This document shows positions 1 to 12,170 of a stretch of DNA of 64,000 nucleotides, piece by piece. Every line of letters starts with the position of its first letter. Position 1 is the stretch's first letter. The position numbers and the translations under genes are program-made. Under the pieces are notes generated by a model, which was not told the origin of the DNA, did no database searches, and saw nothing but the letters and a program-made list of their open reading frames with translations. Origin of the DNA: Octopus sinensis (Eukaryota); the NCBI RefSeq assembly GCF_006345805.1, contig NC_043014.1, positions 47,678,001 to 47,742,000 on the forward strand, read 5' to 3'.

Positions 1-1490
1 GAAAAGTTTTTTCAAAATTTTCATCAAACTCTACACAAAAGTTTTTTCAGAGTTTCCATGGAACACTTTGGAAAATTTTGAAAATCTTCATCAAATTCCA
101 TTGGACCAGGGGGCTTATATAGACTCTACAGGCCCCCTGTCCCTATATAGATTTGATGAAAATTTTGAAAAGCTTTTAGAAGATTTGGGAGAAAATTTTG
201 ATAAACTTTTCAAAAGAATTTGATGAAAGTTTTTAACATTTCAAAGGAATTTGATGAAAATTTTGAAAAACTTTTCAAAAGAAATTCAATGAAAATTTTG
301 AAAAAAATTTCGTCAAACACTGAAAAGTTTTTTCAAAATTTTCATTAAACTCTACACAAAAGTTTTTTCAGAGTTTCCATGGAACACTTGGGAAAATTTT
401 GAAAATTTTCATCAAATTCCATTGAAATGTTTTTCAAAATTTTCATCAAATTCTTTTGAAAAGTTTATCAAAATTTTCTTCAAAATCCTCTAAAAGTTTT
501 TCAAAACCCTATACAGGTGAATAAGTTGCAATATAAGCCCAGGTGTTCCTAGAATCTGCGAGCTGGCAGAAACGTTAGCACGCCGGGCGAAATGCGTTGC
601 CGTATTTCATCTGCCGTTACGTTCTGAGTTCAAATTCCACTGAGGTCGACTTTATCTCTCATCCTTCCGGGGTCGATAAATTAAGTACCAGTTATGCACT
701 GGGGTCGATGTAATCGACTTAATCCCTTTGTCTGTCCTTGTTTGTCTCCTCTGTGTTTAACCCCTTGTGGGTAGTGAAGAAATATATATAAGCTATTTTC
801 CCACGGGTGACAATATAAACTATACAGGGCGAGTAGGGGCCTATATAGATTGCATAGGACCCTGGTTATATAGTACCGGGTGGGGGTGGCTAAATAGCCT
901 AAATAGGACCTGGGGTCATATATATGTTTTTCAGAAATTTCAAGGAAATCAATTGAAATTTGTTTTGAAAATTTTCATCCAAATCCTATACAGCTGCAGA
1001 AGTTGCAATATAGGCCCATATTTTTTTCAGAAACTATATAGGGTCACTCAATATAGGCCCTGCTGGGCCTATATAGGCTATACAGTCACCGTGGGCCAAT
1101 ATACACTAAATAGTGAATATAGGCCCAGGTTCCTATATAATGTATATAGGCCCATGGGCCTATATAATGTATATGGACTCAGAGCCTATATAATGTATAC
1201 AGGTCCAGGGGGCCTATAGAGTACATTGGACCAGGGGGCCTACATTATAAAGGCCCTTTTACCTATATACATTATATAGGCCAAGGGCTTATATAGTGTA
1301 TAGTGTTTATATATACTATATAGGCACATGATCCTACATAGTGTATATAGGCCCAGGGGCCCATATAATGTGTATAGGCCCAGCGGGCCTATATACACTA
1401 TATTGGACCAGGGGGCTTATATAGACTCTACAGGCCCCCTGTCCCTATATAGATTTGATGAAAATTTTGATAAGCTTTTAGAGGATTTTA
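1..1490. repeat. Complex degenerate satellite-like block (TTTTGAAAA-rich and GGCCTATATA-rich motifs)
   Basis: 1-100 recurs at 321-422 and 102-165 recurs at 1404-1467. A SINE interrupts the block at about 558-784. Confidence 0.7.
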
Positions 1491-1502
1491 ATTTTAATAC
1501 TC

Positions 1503-2200
1503 TGTTGAGTAGGCACACTGACATTACACATCCATAAGATCATCCTTGCGAGCTTACGCATGTCCTCTGCAGTCACAGCCCATGTTTCACTGCCGTGTAG
1601 CATGGCTGTTCATACACATGCATCATGCAGTCTACCTTTTACTCTGAGCGAGAGGCCCTTTGTCACCAGCAGAGGTAAGAGCTCTCTGAACTTTGCCCAA
1701 GCCATTCTTATTCTAGCAGCTACACTTTCAGCGCACCCTCCTTCGCTACTGACTTGGTCACCTAGATAACGGAAGCTATCAACTATGTCTGGTTTTTCTC
1801 CCTGGAAAGTGGCAGAAGTCGTTCTCTGCACATTTTCAGTGTTTATCCCTCCCGAGCATCTGCCACATACAAAAACTATCTTCCCAGTTAGCCTTCCTTT
1901 GATATACTGCACCTCTTATGTGTCCATAGCTTACACTGGGTACATCTTATAGAGTTTCTACCTACGCCTCTACTACAGATCGAGCACGGCCATCTACCCG
2001 AAGGGATTTGTGGTTTGCCTGCCTTCCTACTTATTAGGACTTTGCTAGGTTGACTCTTAGGCCCTTCAATTCTAATCCTTGTCTCCACACTTGAAATTTC
2101 TCCTCTAGTTCTGATAGTGTCGCAGCAATTAGAGCAAGGTCATCAGCATAGAGGAGCTACCAGGGGCATCCTGTCTTGAATTCCTCCGTTATTGCCTGGA
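1503..2200 (-). mobile_element. RTE-type LINE fragment (RT C-terminal region with Cys-rich insert), frameshifted
   Basis: Broken peptides WPCSICSRGVGRNSIRCTQCKLWTHKRCS and VDSFRYLGDQVSSEGGCAESVAARIRMAWAKFRELLPLLVTKGLSLRVKGRLHDACV. Confidence 0.88.
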
Positions 2201-2264
2201 GGACTATGATAAATAGGAGGGGGCTGAGGACTGAACCTTATATATATATATATATTTATGTATA

Positions 2265-2386
<122 letters not shown>

Positions 2387-2771
2387 CACACATATATATA
2401 TACACAAATATACATATATATATATGTGTGTATGTATGCATATATACATATATATATATATACACACACATATATATGTATATACACACTCATATATATA
2501 TATCCATACATATATGTGTGTGTGCGTGTATGTGTATATATATTTATTTATATAAAATTATTTCTAGCTGACTCTCTATATATGTACATTGCATGCAAAC
2601 CACACAGACGTGTGTGTATACATATACACCCCACATTCACCAGCGTGCATTTTTTTTTTCATATTCGTTTACTACACGTTGTTGTACACCTATTTCACTA
2701 ATAAAAATCTGGCATAACTTCAGTATAGGTACCGGATACATTTCAAGAAAGTGTTTTATTTTATATATATA

Positions 2772-3162
2772 CTAGCAGTATCGCCCGGCGTTGCTCGGGT
2801 TTGTAAGGGAAATAACTATAAAGCATTTTTAGAGAGTTATAGCCAAAAAATAGCAAAAAATGCATTAAAAATGGAAAACAAATGATAGTAAATTTTTTTA
2901 AATCGTTGACTCATCGTAGACATTTTTAGAGAGTTACTTCCCTTATATTTAAAAAATATGCATTAAAATGGGAAAAAATTATGGTAAATTATTTTAAAAA
3001 TCGTACACTCATCGTAGACGTGCGCTAATACCCAGAAGGGCTCGATATGAATCACGACTATAAGATACCCGGTTTTGGTTAAACTGCACCGCAAAATGTG
3101 GGAGTAGTTAGGAATCTAAATCGTAGGAAACAGACACACAACTTCACTTTTATATATAAAGA
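2772..3162 (-). mobile_element. Non-autonomous Helitron, short variant
   Basis: On the minus strand: 5' TC, 3' CTAG, subterminal hairpin CCCGAGCAACGCCGGG, inserted between A and T, no TSD. Confidence 0.85.
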
Positions 3163-3531
3163 TATATGGGGTGGGTGGGTTAGGGTTAGGGTTAGGATTA
3201 GGGTTTGTGTAAGGGTTAGGGTTAGGGTTAATGGTGGGAGAAAAGGGTTTCTGCTATCTTCAGAAATGTAAACAAAACCACTTCCGGTACTTCCGGTACC
3301 TATACCGAAGGATCACCAAAAATCTTTTTTTGACTGTGGGGAGACGATTCGGAACATTCCTGATGTGAATTTTTCGAGTCCTCCACCCCACCCCACCCTC
3401 CGTTCTTTTTTCCCCTTTTTTTTTTAATGCTCAGGTTAAACCCTTTAGTTTGACCAATATGTTTTTTTATGCGTGATTCCGAATTTACATGAAACCTGTT
3501 TTCTTTTTTCTCAAATATTCTCTGATAATGC

Positions 3532-4076
3532 GGTACTACTAGCGAACAGTGGTCCCGTGCGCGCACCCGCGTACTCTGGCATCCCCGCTAGCTAGTCGTG
3601 ACTAGTCGATCCTACAACGACTACCTAGCAAAGTAAATAAAACACGTTAATTGTTTAAATTATTTTCCATTGCTTTCGTTTTTTTTTACACGCGTAACAA
3701 TTAAATTAATTTAACAATTAAGAAAAAAAAATTAGGGTTAGGGTGAGGTTTAGGGTTAGTGACAGGACGTTGTCTCAGTTTTAGACGCAGCAAATGATTT
3801 TAGCTCAATGGAGGTAATCGATTGGTTAAAATTGCCGAAATGCTCGAAATTTCAGACGAAATATCTTACAAACTATAGAATTTTCTCAATAAAACAAAGA
3901 GAAAATGATGTTTTATAAACACATTCTACCAGTATACGAAGTTTAAAACTTTTTAGTTACCTAGAAATAATGTCACAAAGTGCCGTTCAAAAGGAAAAGA
4001 TCCAGGATCGACTATTCACGACTAGCTAGCGCGGATGCGCGAGCGAGCGCCGGGACCACTGTTCGCTAGTAGTACC
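3532..4076. mobile_element. Mutator-like MITE upstream of MRPL39
   Basis: Imperfect TIRs of about 75-80 bp starting GGTACTACTAGCGAACAGTGGTCCCG. Exact 9-bp TSD TGATAATGC at 3523-3531 and 4077-4085. Confidence 0.88.
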
Positions 4077-4264
4077 TGATAATGCTTTAGACTAACGACT
4101 GAAGTGAGCAGCGGTAGATGCAAAACTCAAGACTTCGAAAAACATTAAAGCATTAAAGAAATACCTGGGTAAGAATGTGAATATATTAAGAGCGGCCTTA
4201 TTATTAGAAGGAACGGTTTGTTAGGTGGCACCGGCAAGTGGCGTGCTATACTTGCATGTGTTCA

Positions 4265-4328
4265 ATGGCTGCTCTGTGTGTTAACAGACGACCTCTACGA
4301 TGGCTCTCTGCATGGAGCAGTTTCTCTC
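4265..4328 (+). CDS. MRPL39: MRPL39 exon 1, mitochondrial presequence-like
   Basis: Encodes MAALCVNRRPLRWLSAWSSFS, Arg/Ser/Leu-rich with no acidic residues. Donor C|gtgagt; phase 1 matches exon 2. Confidence 0.8.
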
Positions 4329-5668
4329 GTGAGTATATATATTGATTGAATATTGTAGATACAATAATAATAATTATATCAGTGATGATTGTTAGCAAAT
4401 GTGATTTGATAGTTCGTTATTTTCGTTGTCTTTCGACAGAACGTTGTTCAGTTTAGACAATGAGGTAACAACGAAGATTATTTATGGTTATTCTTGTTTA
4501 TAAGCGAATGAAGAGGACGGGGTACTTTGACTATGAAGTGTTAATGCCTTTTTCAGTGAGGATAGTGATGTAAATGCAAGTCAGAAACACTGCCGGGAAT
4601 CGAAACCGGATCGCAGATTCTCCTGTCCCACTTCTATCCATTCCTATCGCTAACGGGATGCACTGGACGGCACTGCTCCCTCCCCTCACTGTTCAATGGG
4701 GGCATCCCCAGATTTAGAAACGGTCAAACTGTGGCTCGTAGGACTTTCTAAATAGCATACCGAACAAAGAATTACCTTGAACGGATGATGAGACTTCTCG
4801 AAAAAGGTTTGCCTGTGTCTGTTCTAAATTATCACTTAACCTGTTAAAAATAGCAGCAAAATCTCTCTGAAAGATCTGGCTACACTTTCTAGCATCTCTA
4901 CCATCTTAAAAAAAGAGGAAGAACACATTGAATTATGTGATCTAGACACATAATGCCTGGAAAAAATATGGGATGGTCGTGGCTGGCATGTCATTTGATC
5001 ATAGGTCGGCTAGATCAAGGTTGGACCTGAGACTGAACAACAACTGAAGGAACTATTATTTATGTCATCAAAGGGATCAGATATAATGTTTACCTTGACA
5101 TTTTATCTCAATAACAATAATAATGGTTTCAAATATTGTCACAAGGCCAGCAATACTTATTTTATCAACCCCAAAAGGATGAAAAGCAAAGTTGACCTCG
5201 GTAGAATTTGAACTCAGAACATAAAGACAGACAAAATACTTCTAAGCATTTTGTCCAGTATACTCTTTTACTTGTTTCAGTCATTTGACTGTGCCATGCT
5301 GGAGCAGCGCCTTTAGTTGAGCAAATCGACCCCGGGACTTATTCTTTGTAAGCCCAGTACTTATTCTATCGGTCTCTTTTGCCGAACCGCTAAGTGACGG
5401 GGATGTAAACACATCAGCATCGGTTGTCAAGCAATGCTAGGGGTACAAACACAGACACACAAACACATACACACACATATGTATATATATATATATACAT
5501 ATATACGACAGGCTTCTTTCAGTTTCCGTCTACCAAATCCACTCACAAGGCATTGGTCGGCCCGGGGCTATAGCAGAAGACAGTTGCCCAAGATGCCACG
5601 CAGTGGGACTGAACCCAGAACCATGTGGTTGGTTAGCAAGCTACTTACTCCTGCGCCTGCTAACAATT

Positions 5669-6086
5669 CTTATTTCTTTATTGCCCACAAGGAGCTACAC
5701 ATAGAGGGGACAAACAAGGATAGACAAATGGATTAAGTCGATTATATCAACCCTAGTGCATATCTGGTACTTAATTTATTGACCCCAAAAAGATGAAAGG
5801 CAAAGTCGACCTTGGTGGAATTTGAACTCAGAACGTAACGGCAGATGAAATACCTATTTCTTTACTACCCACAAGGTGCTAAACACAGAGGAGACTAATA
5901 AGGACAGACAGACAGATTAAGTCGATTACATTGATCCAGTGCATAACTGGTACTTATTTAATCGACCCCGAAAGGATGAAAGGCAAAGTCGACCTCAGCA
6001 GAATTTGAACTCAGAACGTAGCGGCAGACAAAATACTGCTAAGCATTTCACCCGGCATGGTAACGTTTCTGCCAGCTCACCACCTT
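5669..6086 (-). mobile_element. tRNA-headed SINE family A, head-to-tail dimer
   Basis: A/B-box-like head (TGGCAGAAACGTTAGC, GAGTTCAAATTC) and core GCCTTTCATCCTTTCGGGGTCGATAAATTAAGTACCAG. TSD CTAACAATT. Other family A copies at about 558-784, 19281-19490, 21570-21800, 22141-22356, 24508-24920, 26697-26930, 27977-28193, 31100-31543, 34939-35170, 38759-39173, 44987-45190, 49970-50200, 51243-51468, 56580-56790. Confidence 0.88.
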
Positions 6087-6313
6087 CTAACAATTTTGCT
6101 AGCTTGCTGCCTTTATTATTATAATAATAATAATAGTAGCAGTAGTAATAGGTGCAGCAGTGGCCGTGTGGTAAGTAGCTTGCTAACCAACCACATGGTT
6201 CCGGGTTCAGTCCCACTGCGTGGCATCTTGGGCAAGTGTCTTCTGCTATAGCCCCGGGCTGACCAATGCCTTGTGAGTGGATTTGGTAGGCGGAAACTGA
6301 AAGAAGCCTGTCG

Positions 6314-6348
<35 letters not shown>

Positions 6349-6361
6349 GTATATATATATG

Positions 6362-6414
<53 letters not shown>

Positions 6415-6417
<3 letters not shown>

Positions 6418-6564
6418 ATAGAGGGCATTATTACACATAAATGCCTCACACTAAGAGGGACAAAGTCATTACTACCAAAATTATACTAATTAGTATAATT
6501 TTGGTAGTAATGACTTTGTCCCTCCTAGTGTGAGGCATTTATGTGTAATAATGCCCTCTATACA
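6415..6564. repeat. Near-perfect 150-bp palindrome without spacer
   Basis: Centre between 6489 and 6490; 75-bp arms pair with a single mismatch (6454/6525). Confidence 0.95.
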
Positions 6565-7208
6565 TATAGATATAATTAATTTGTTCAAAAGGAAAAAAAT
6601 TATTTTCGAATTCTTTTCTTTTTATGAGGTTTTCACGCTAACTACCCGATAATTTCTTGTTAAGATCCCTTATTAAGAGATTATCCTTAATTGTTAAACT
6701 TATATATATATATATGTATATATATATGTGTATATGTGTGTGTGTCTGTGTTTGTCCCCCTAGCATTGCTTGACAACCGATGCTGGTGTGTTAATCTGGT
6801 TTCTCTCATTGGCTTAAGGACAAAAGTTTACCAAGGGACATTACAGTTAATATTATAAGGTACAGTTAAATTTTCCCTTCTGTTTTTTCTCACAAGGCTA
6901 GCTGTTTTGAGGTGAGTGGAGGAGCCATTACATAGACCCTAAAAGGATGAAAGGCAAAGTCAGTCTTGGCATTTGAACTCAAAATGTAAAGAGGGTAAAG
7001 AAATGCCACTAAGCATTTTGTCTGTTGATGTAACGCTTCTGCCATTGTATGACTGGAATTTGACATCAGAATTTAAAATGACACACCTAAACATCACAAA
7101 ACATTTTGTGAACCACTCTACCAATTCTGCCAATCTGCTGCCATTATGTCATTTTCCATCATGCTTTATAATAAAGCTGTTTATTATATTGATAAAATTA
7201 GTTGCTTC

Positions 7209-7239
<31 letters not shown>

Positions 7240-8418
7240 CATCATCATCGTTTAGCGTCCGCTTTCCATGCTAGCATGGGTTGGACGGTTCAACTGGGGT
7301 CTGGGAAGCCAGAAGGCTGCACCAGGCCCAGTCTGATCTGGCAATGTTTCTACGGCTGGATGCCCTTCCTAACACCAACCACTCCGTGAGTGTAGTGGGT
7401 GCTTTTTACATGGCACCGGCACAGGTGCCAGACGAGGCTGGCAAATGGCCACGATCGGATGGTGCATTTTATGTGCCACCGGCACGAGGCCAGTCTGGGC
7501 AGCGCTGGCAACGGCCACGTTCGGATGGTTCTCTTACGTGCCACCGGCACTGGTATCACAGCTGCAATTTCCATTGATGTTGATCGATTTCGATTTTCAC
7601 TTCCCTCAACAGGTCTTCACAAGTAGAGTTTTGTGTCCCCAGAAGGAAAGGTTTGCATAAGTGGACTGGCACAACCCGGGTTATGGTCTCGCTTGTCCTG
7701 CCGGGTAATAATAATAATAAGATTGAGAAAGTTGTTGGAGAAATTGGGATTGACATACTCAGAAAACTGCTTTATTGGGGAAAGTAAGAAATTGGAGACT
7801 GATACTTGGATGTTAAGAGACCCTGTGAGACCTTTGACAACAGATTGTTTTCTGCTCTTACAGAATTAACCAGAGCAAGTGAAATGGTGATGATAATATT
7901 ACTAAGAGTAATAATAATAATCCTTTCTGTTATAGGTGCAAGGCCTGAAATTTAGGGGAGGGGAATAGTCGATTACATTGACCCCAGTACTTAAGTGGTA
8001 CTTAATTTATCAACCCCGAAAGGATGAAAGGTAAAGTTGACTTCAATGTTTCATGTTTTGGTTAAAGGCCAGTAATTTTGAAGGGAGGGAGTTAGTTGAT
8101 ACCATCAGTCCTGGTACTTTATTTCATCAATTCCAAAGGGATGGAAGTCAAAGACGACCTTGGCAGGATTTGAACTCAAAATGTAAAGAGCTGGAACAAA
8201 TACTGTAGGGCATTTTCCTAATGCTCTAACAATTTTGAGAGAAGGGTGTAAGTCGACACTGTTAACCCCAGTATTGGAGCCTTTTGTAAAGTTCCCATGG
8301 AACTCTTGCACACAGATGGACCATCAGATAGTACCTAACAAGCTCAATATGTGTTAGTATTTGCCATGAAAATACTAACTGACTATGCAAGGGGGTGCTG
8401 AATAGTTCCTGACTTTAA

Positions 8419-8638
8419 CTCTTTAGTGTTCAGATTACTCTGTTAAATGTAATACTTTTTCACTCAAATTGTTTTGAATTAATCACGCATTATCTTATAG
8501 CTTTGAGGTTTCAATGATGTGATTATTTATTTTTAGAATATCAATGTAGGTTAGGTGTGAGAGGCTAGATATCGCCAGTTTGAATATAAAACATGTAGAA
8601 TATCTGGGCCAGATGTGGCCGGTTTAAACACTAAAGGG
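8419..8638. mobile_element. piggyBac-like MITE
   Basis: TTAA|C(T/C)CTTTAG ... CTAAAGGG|TTAA. Further copies at 29197-29416, 34275-34493 and 55209-55708 (interrupted); partial copies near 29420-29580, 33750-33950 and 55860-56050. Confidence 0.8.
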
Positions 8639-8904
8639 TTAAGGGTATCACAAAAGGCTTGATTGATGGTCCAACTTTCCAAGTTCTTTTACAGGGTTTA
8701 CAAAAAACTGAAGGGCCATCACAATAAATGTGTGAATCTGAGAGGGGATTATGTTGAATAAAATCATAATTAACTGATCCTCCTGTGTTTTCTTTTACCC
8801 AAAACCAGGAACTTTTTGTGAAGAAGTGAGCTGCAAGCGCTAAAGAATTCCTTTAACTGTTGAATAAAGACTTCAGGAATGTATCCTGTTATCCCATTTG
8901 TAAT

Positions 8905-11760
8905 TCATCATCATCATCATCATCGTTTAGCATCCGCTTTCCATGCTAGCATGGGTTGGACGGCATGACCGGGGTCTGGGAAGCCAGAAGGCTGCACCAG
9001 GCCCAGTCTGATCTGGCAATGTTTCTACAGCTAGATGCCGTTCCTAACGCCAACCGCTCTGTGAGTGTAGTGGGTGCTTTTTATGTGCCACCGGCACAGG
9101 TGCCAGACGAGGCTGGCAAACGGCCACAATTGGATGGTGCTTTTTACATGCCACCAGCACAAAGGCCAGGCAAGGCTGGCAAACGGCCACAATCGGATGG
9201 TGCTTTTTACATGCCACCAGCACAAAGGCCAGGCAAGGCTGGCAAACGGCCACAATCGGATGGTGCTTTTTACATGCCACCAGCACGGAGGCCAGGCAAG
9301 GCTGGCAAACAGCCACAATCGGATGGTGCTTTTTACATGCCACCAGCACGGAGGCCAGGCAAGGCTGGCAAACGACCACGATCGGATGGTGCTTTTTACA
9401 TGCCACCAGCACGGAGGCCAGGCAAGGCTGGCAAACGGCCACGATCGGATGGTGCTTTTTACATGCCACCAGCACGGAGGCCAGGCAAGGCTGGCAAACG
9501 GCCACAATCGGATGGTGCTTTTTACATGCCACCAGCACGGAGGCCAGGCAAGGCTGGCAAACGGCCACAATCGGATGGTGCTTTTTACATGCCACCAGCA
9601 CGGAGGCCAGGCAAGGCTGGCAAACGGCCACAATTGGATGGTGCTTTTTACATGCCACCAGCACGGAGGCCAGGCAAGGCTGGCAAACGGCCACAATCGG
9701 ATGGTGCTTTTTACATGCCACCAGCACGGAGGCCAGGCAAGGCTGGCAAACGGCACACAATTGGATGGTGCTTTTTACATGCCACCAGCACGGAGGCCAG
9801 GCAAGGCTGGCAAACGGCCACAATCGGATGGTGCTTTTTACATGCCACCAGCACGGAGGCCAGGCAAGGCTGGCAAACGGCCACATCGGATGGTGCTTTT
9901 TACATGCCACCAGCACGGAGGCCCACAAGGTGGCAAACGGCCACGATCGGATGTGCTTTTTACATGCACCAGCACAAAGGCCAGGCAAGGCTGGCAAACG
10001 GCCACAATCGGATGGTGCTTTTTACATGCCACCAGCACGGAGGCCAGGCAAGGCTGGAAACGGCCACAATCGGATGGTGCTTTTTACATGCCACAGCACG
10101 GAGGCCAGGCAAGGCTGGCAACGGCCACAATCGGATGGTGCTTTTTACATGCCACCAGCACGAGGAGCCAGGCAAGGCTGGCAAACGGCCACAATCGGAT
10201 GGTGCTTTTTACATGCCACCAGCAGGGGCCAGGCAAGGCTGGCAAACGGCCACAATCGGATGGTGCTTTTTACATGCCACCAGCACGGAGGCCAGGCAAG
10301 GCTGGCAAACGGCCACGATCGGATGGTGCTTTTTACATGCCACCAGCACGGAGGCCAGGCAAGGCTGGCAAACGGCCACAATCGGATGTGCTTTTTACAT
10401 GCCACCAGCACGGAGGCCAGGCAAGGCTGGCAAACGGCCACAATCGGATGGTGCTTTTTACATGCCACCAGCACGGAGCGCCAGGCAAGGCTGGCAAACA
10501 GCACGGATCGAGCGGATGGTGTTTTTTACATGCCACCAGCACAAAGGCCAGGCAAGGCTGGCAAACGGCCACAATCGGATGGTGCTTGGTGACATGCAAC
10601 ACCGGAGCAGAGGTGGCTTTTTCAGGTGTGCACGGCTAGCCAAGCTTCTGGCAAACGGCCAAATCGGATGGTGCTTTTCACATGCCACCAGCACGGAGGC
10701 CAGGCAAGGCTGGCAAACGGCCACAATCGGATGGTGCTTTTTACATGCCCCAGCACGGAGGCCAGGCAAGGCTGGCAAAACGGCCCAATCGATGGTGCTT
10801 TTTACATGCCACCGCACGGAGGCCAGGCAGGGGCAAACGGCACAATCGGATGGTGCTTTTTACATGCCACCAGCACGGAGGCCAGGCAAGGCTGGCAAAC
10901 GGCCACAATCGGATGGTGCTTTTTACATGCCACCAGCACGGAGGCCAGGCAGGCTGGCAAACGCCACAATTGGATGGGCTTTTCATGCCACCAGCACAAA
11001 GGCCAGGCAAGGCTGGCAAACGGCCACAATCGGATGGTGCTTTTTACATGCCACCGCACGGAGGCCAGGCAAGGCTGGCAAACGGCCACAATCGGATGGT
11101 GCTTTTTACATGCCACCAGCACGGAGGCTAGGCAAGCTGGCAACGGCACAATGTGATGGTGCTTTTTACATGCCACCAGCACAAAGGCCAGGCAAGGCTG
11201 GCAAACGGCCACAATCGGATGGTGCTTTTTACATGCCACCAGCACGGAGGCCAGGCAAGGCTGGCAAACGGCCACAATCGGATGGTGCTTTTTACATGCC
11301 ACCAGCACGGAGGCCAGGCAAGGCTGGCAAACGGCCACAATCGGATGGTGCTTTTTACATGCCACCAGCACGGAGGCCAGGCAAGGCTGGCAACGGCCAC
11401 AATCGGATGGTGCTTTTTACATGCCACCAGCACGGAGGCCAGGCAAGGCTGGCAAACGGCCACGATCGGATGGTGCTTTTTACATGCCACCAGCACAAAG
11501 GCCAGGCAAGGCTGGCAAACGGCCACAATCGGATGGTGCTTTTTACATGCCACCAGCACGGAGGCCAGGCAAGGCTGGCAAACGGCCACAATCGGATGGT
11601 GCTTTTTACATGCCACCAGCACGGAGGCCAGGCAAGGCTGGCAAACGGCCACAATCGGATGGTGCTTTTTACATGCCACCAGCACGGAGGCCAGGCAAGG
11701 CTGGCAAACGACCACGATCGGATGGTACTTTTTACGTGCCACCGGCACGGAGGCCGGGCG
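8905..11760 (-). mobile_element. 3' end of an RTE-type LINE (family C, (GAT)n tail) carrying an expanded VNTR
   Basis: Same 3' block as more than 20 other copies: GTGGTTGGCGTTAGGAAGGGCATCCAGC, palindrome CCATGCTAGCATGG, (GAT)n tail. Others at about 7240-7710, 16083-16285, 16490-16875, 17220-17545, 19975-20437, 20730-20920, 26240-26445, 30295-30545, 35715-35855, 36620-36965, 37680-38005, 38115-38520, 45437-45705, 54725-54950, 55415-55689, 59355-59575, 60700-61160, 61750-62055. Confidence 0.85.
9083..11760. repeat. 63-bp minisatellite, about 42 units
   Basis: Unit cggccacaatcggatggtgctttttacatgccaccagcacggaggccaggcaaggctggcaaa; period 63 (9121, 9184, ...). Confidence 0.97.
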
Positions 11761-12170
11761 TGGCGGGCAAACCACTTCTTCTGAGAAGATATTGACATGT
11801 TACCAGTGAATATCTGTACATTCCAGACATTAGCAACATAAAGGTGGATAAATAGTGTGGGAGTATATGAATAGTTCCTTTCTCAGCCATCCATCAATAT
11901 TAATATGGGTGTTTTCTAGCTCATTCATTTTGATTCAATAGAAGGAAACCATGACTAATTAATTATAATATAGGTGCATATGTAGCTGTGTGGCTATGAA
12001 ATTCACTTCAGGTCCTTGAGGTCTCGGGTTCTATTCCACTGTGTGGCACCCTGGACAAATGTCTTTTATTATAGCTTCACACTGACCCATGCCTTTTTAG
12101 TGAAAATACTAGACAGAAACTGTACAGACGCCTATTGTGTGTGTGTGTCTGTTTTATACACACCTATATA

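Noticed and set aside
4585-4690. Possible tRNA gene on the minus strand (GGTTTCGATTCCC T-loop-like)
   Set aside because: No acceptor, D or anticodon stems could be built. The tRNA-like SINE heads elsewhere are likewise not tRNA genes.
9083-11760. CRISPR-like regular array
   Set aside because: The units are contiguous with no unique spacers, there are no cas genes, and the context is eukaryotic.
8956-11784. 942-aa ORF and overlapping repetitive ORFs on both strands
   Set aside because: They are translations of a 63-bp minisatellite that lacks stops in several frames. The frame drifts across indels, and it lies in a LINE 3' UTR inside an intron.
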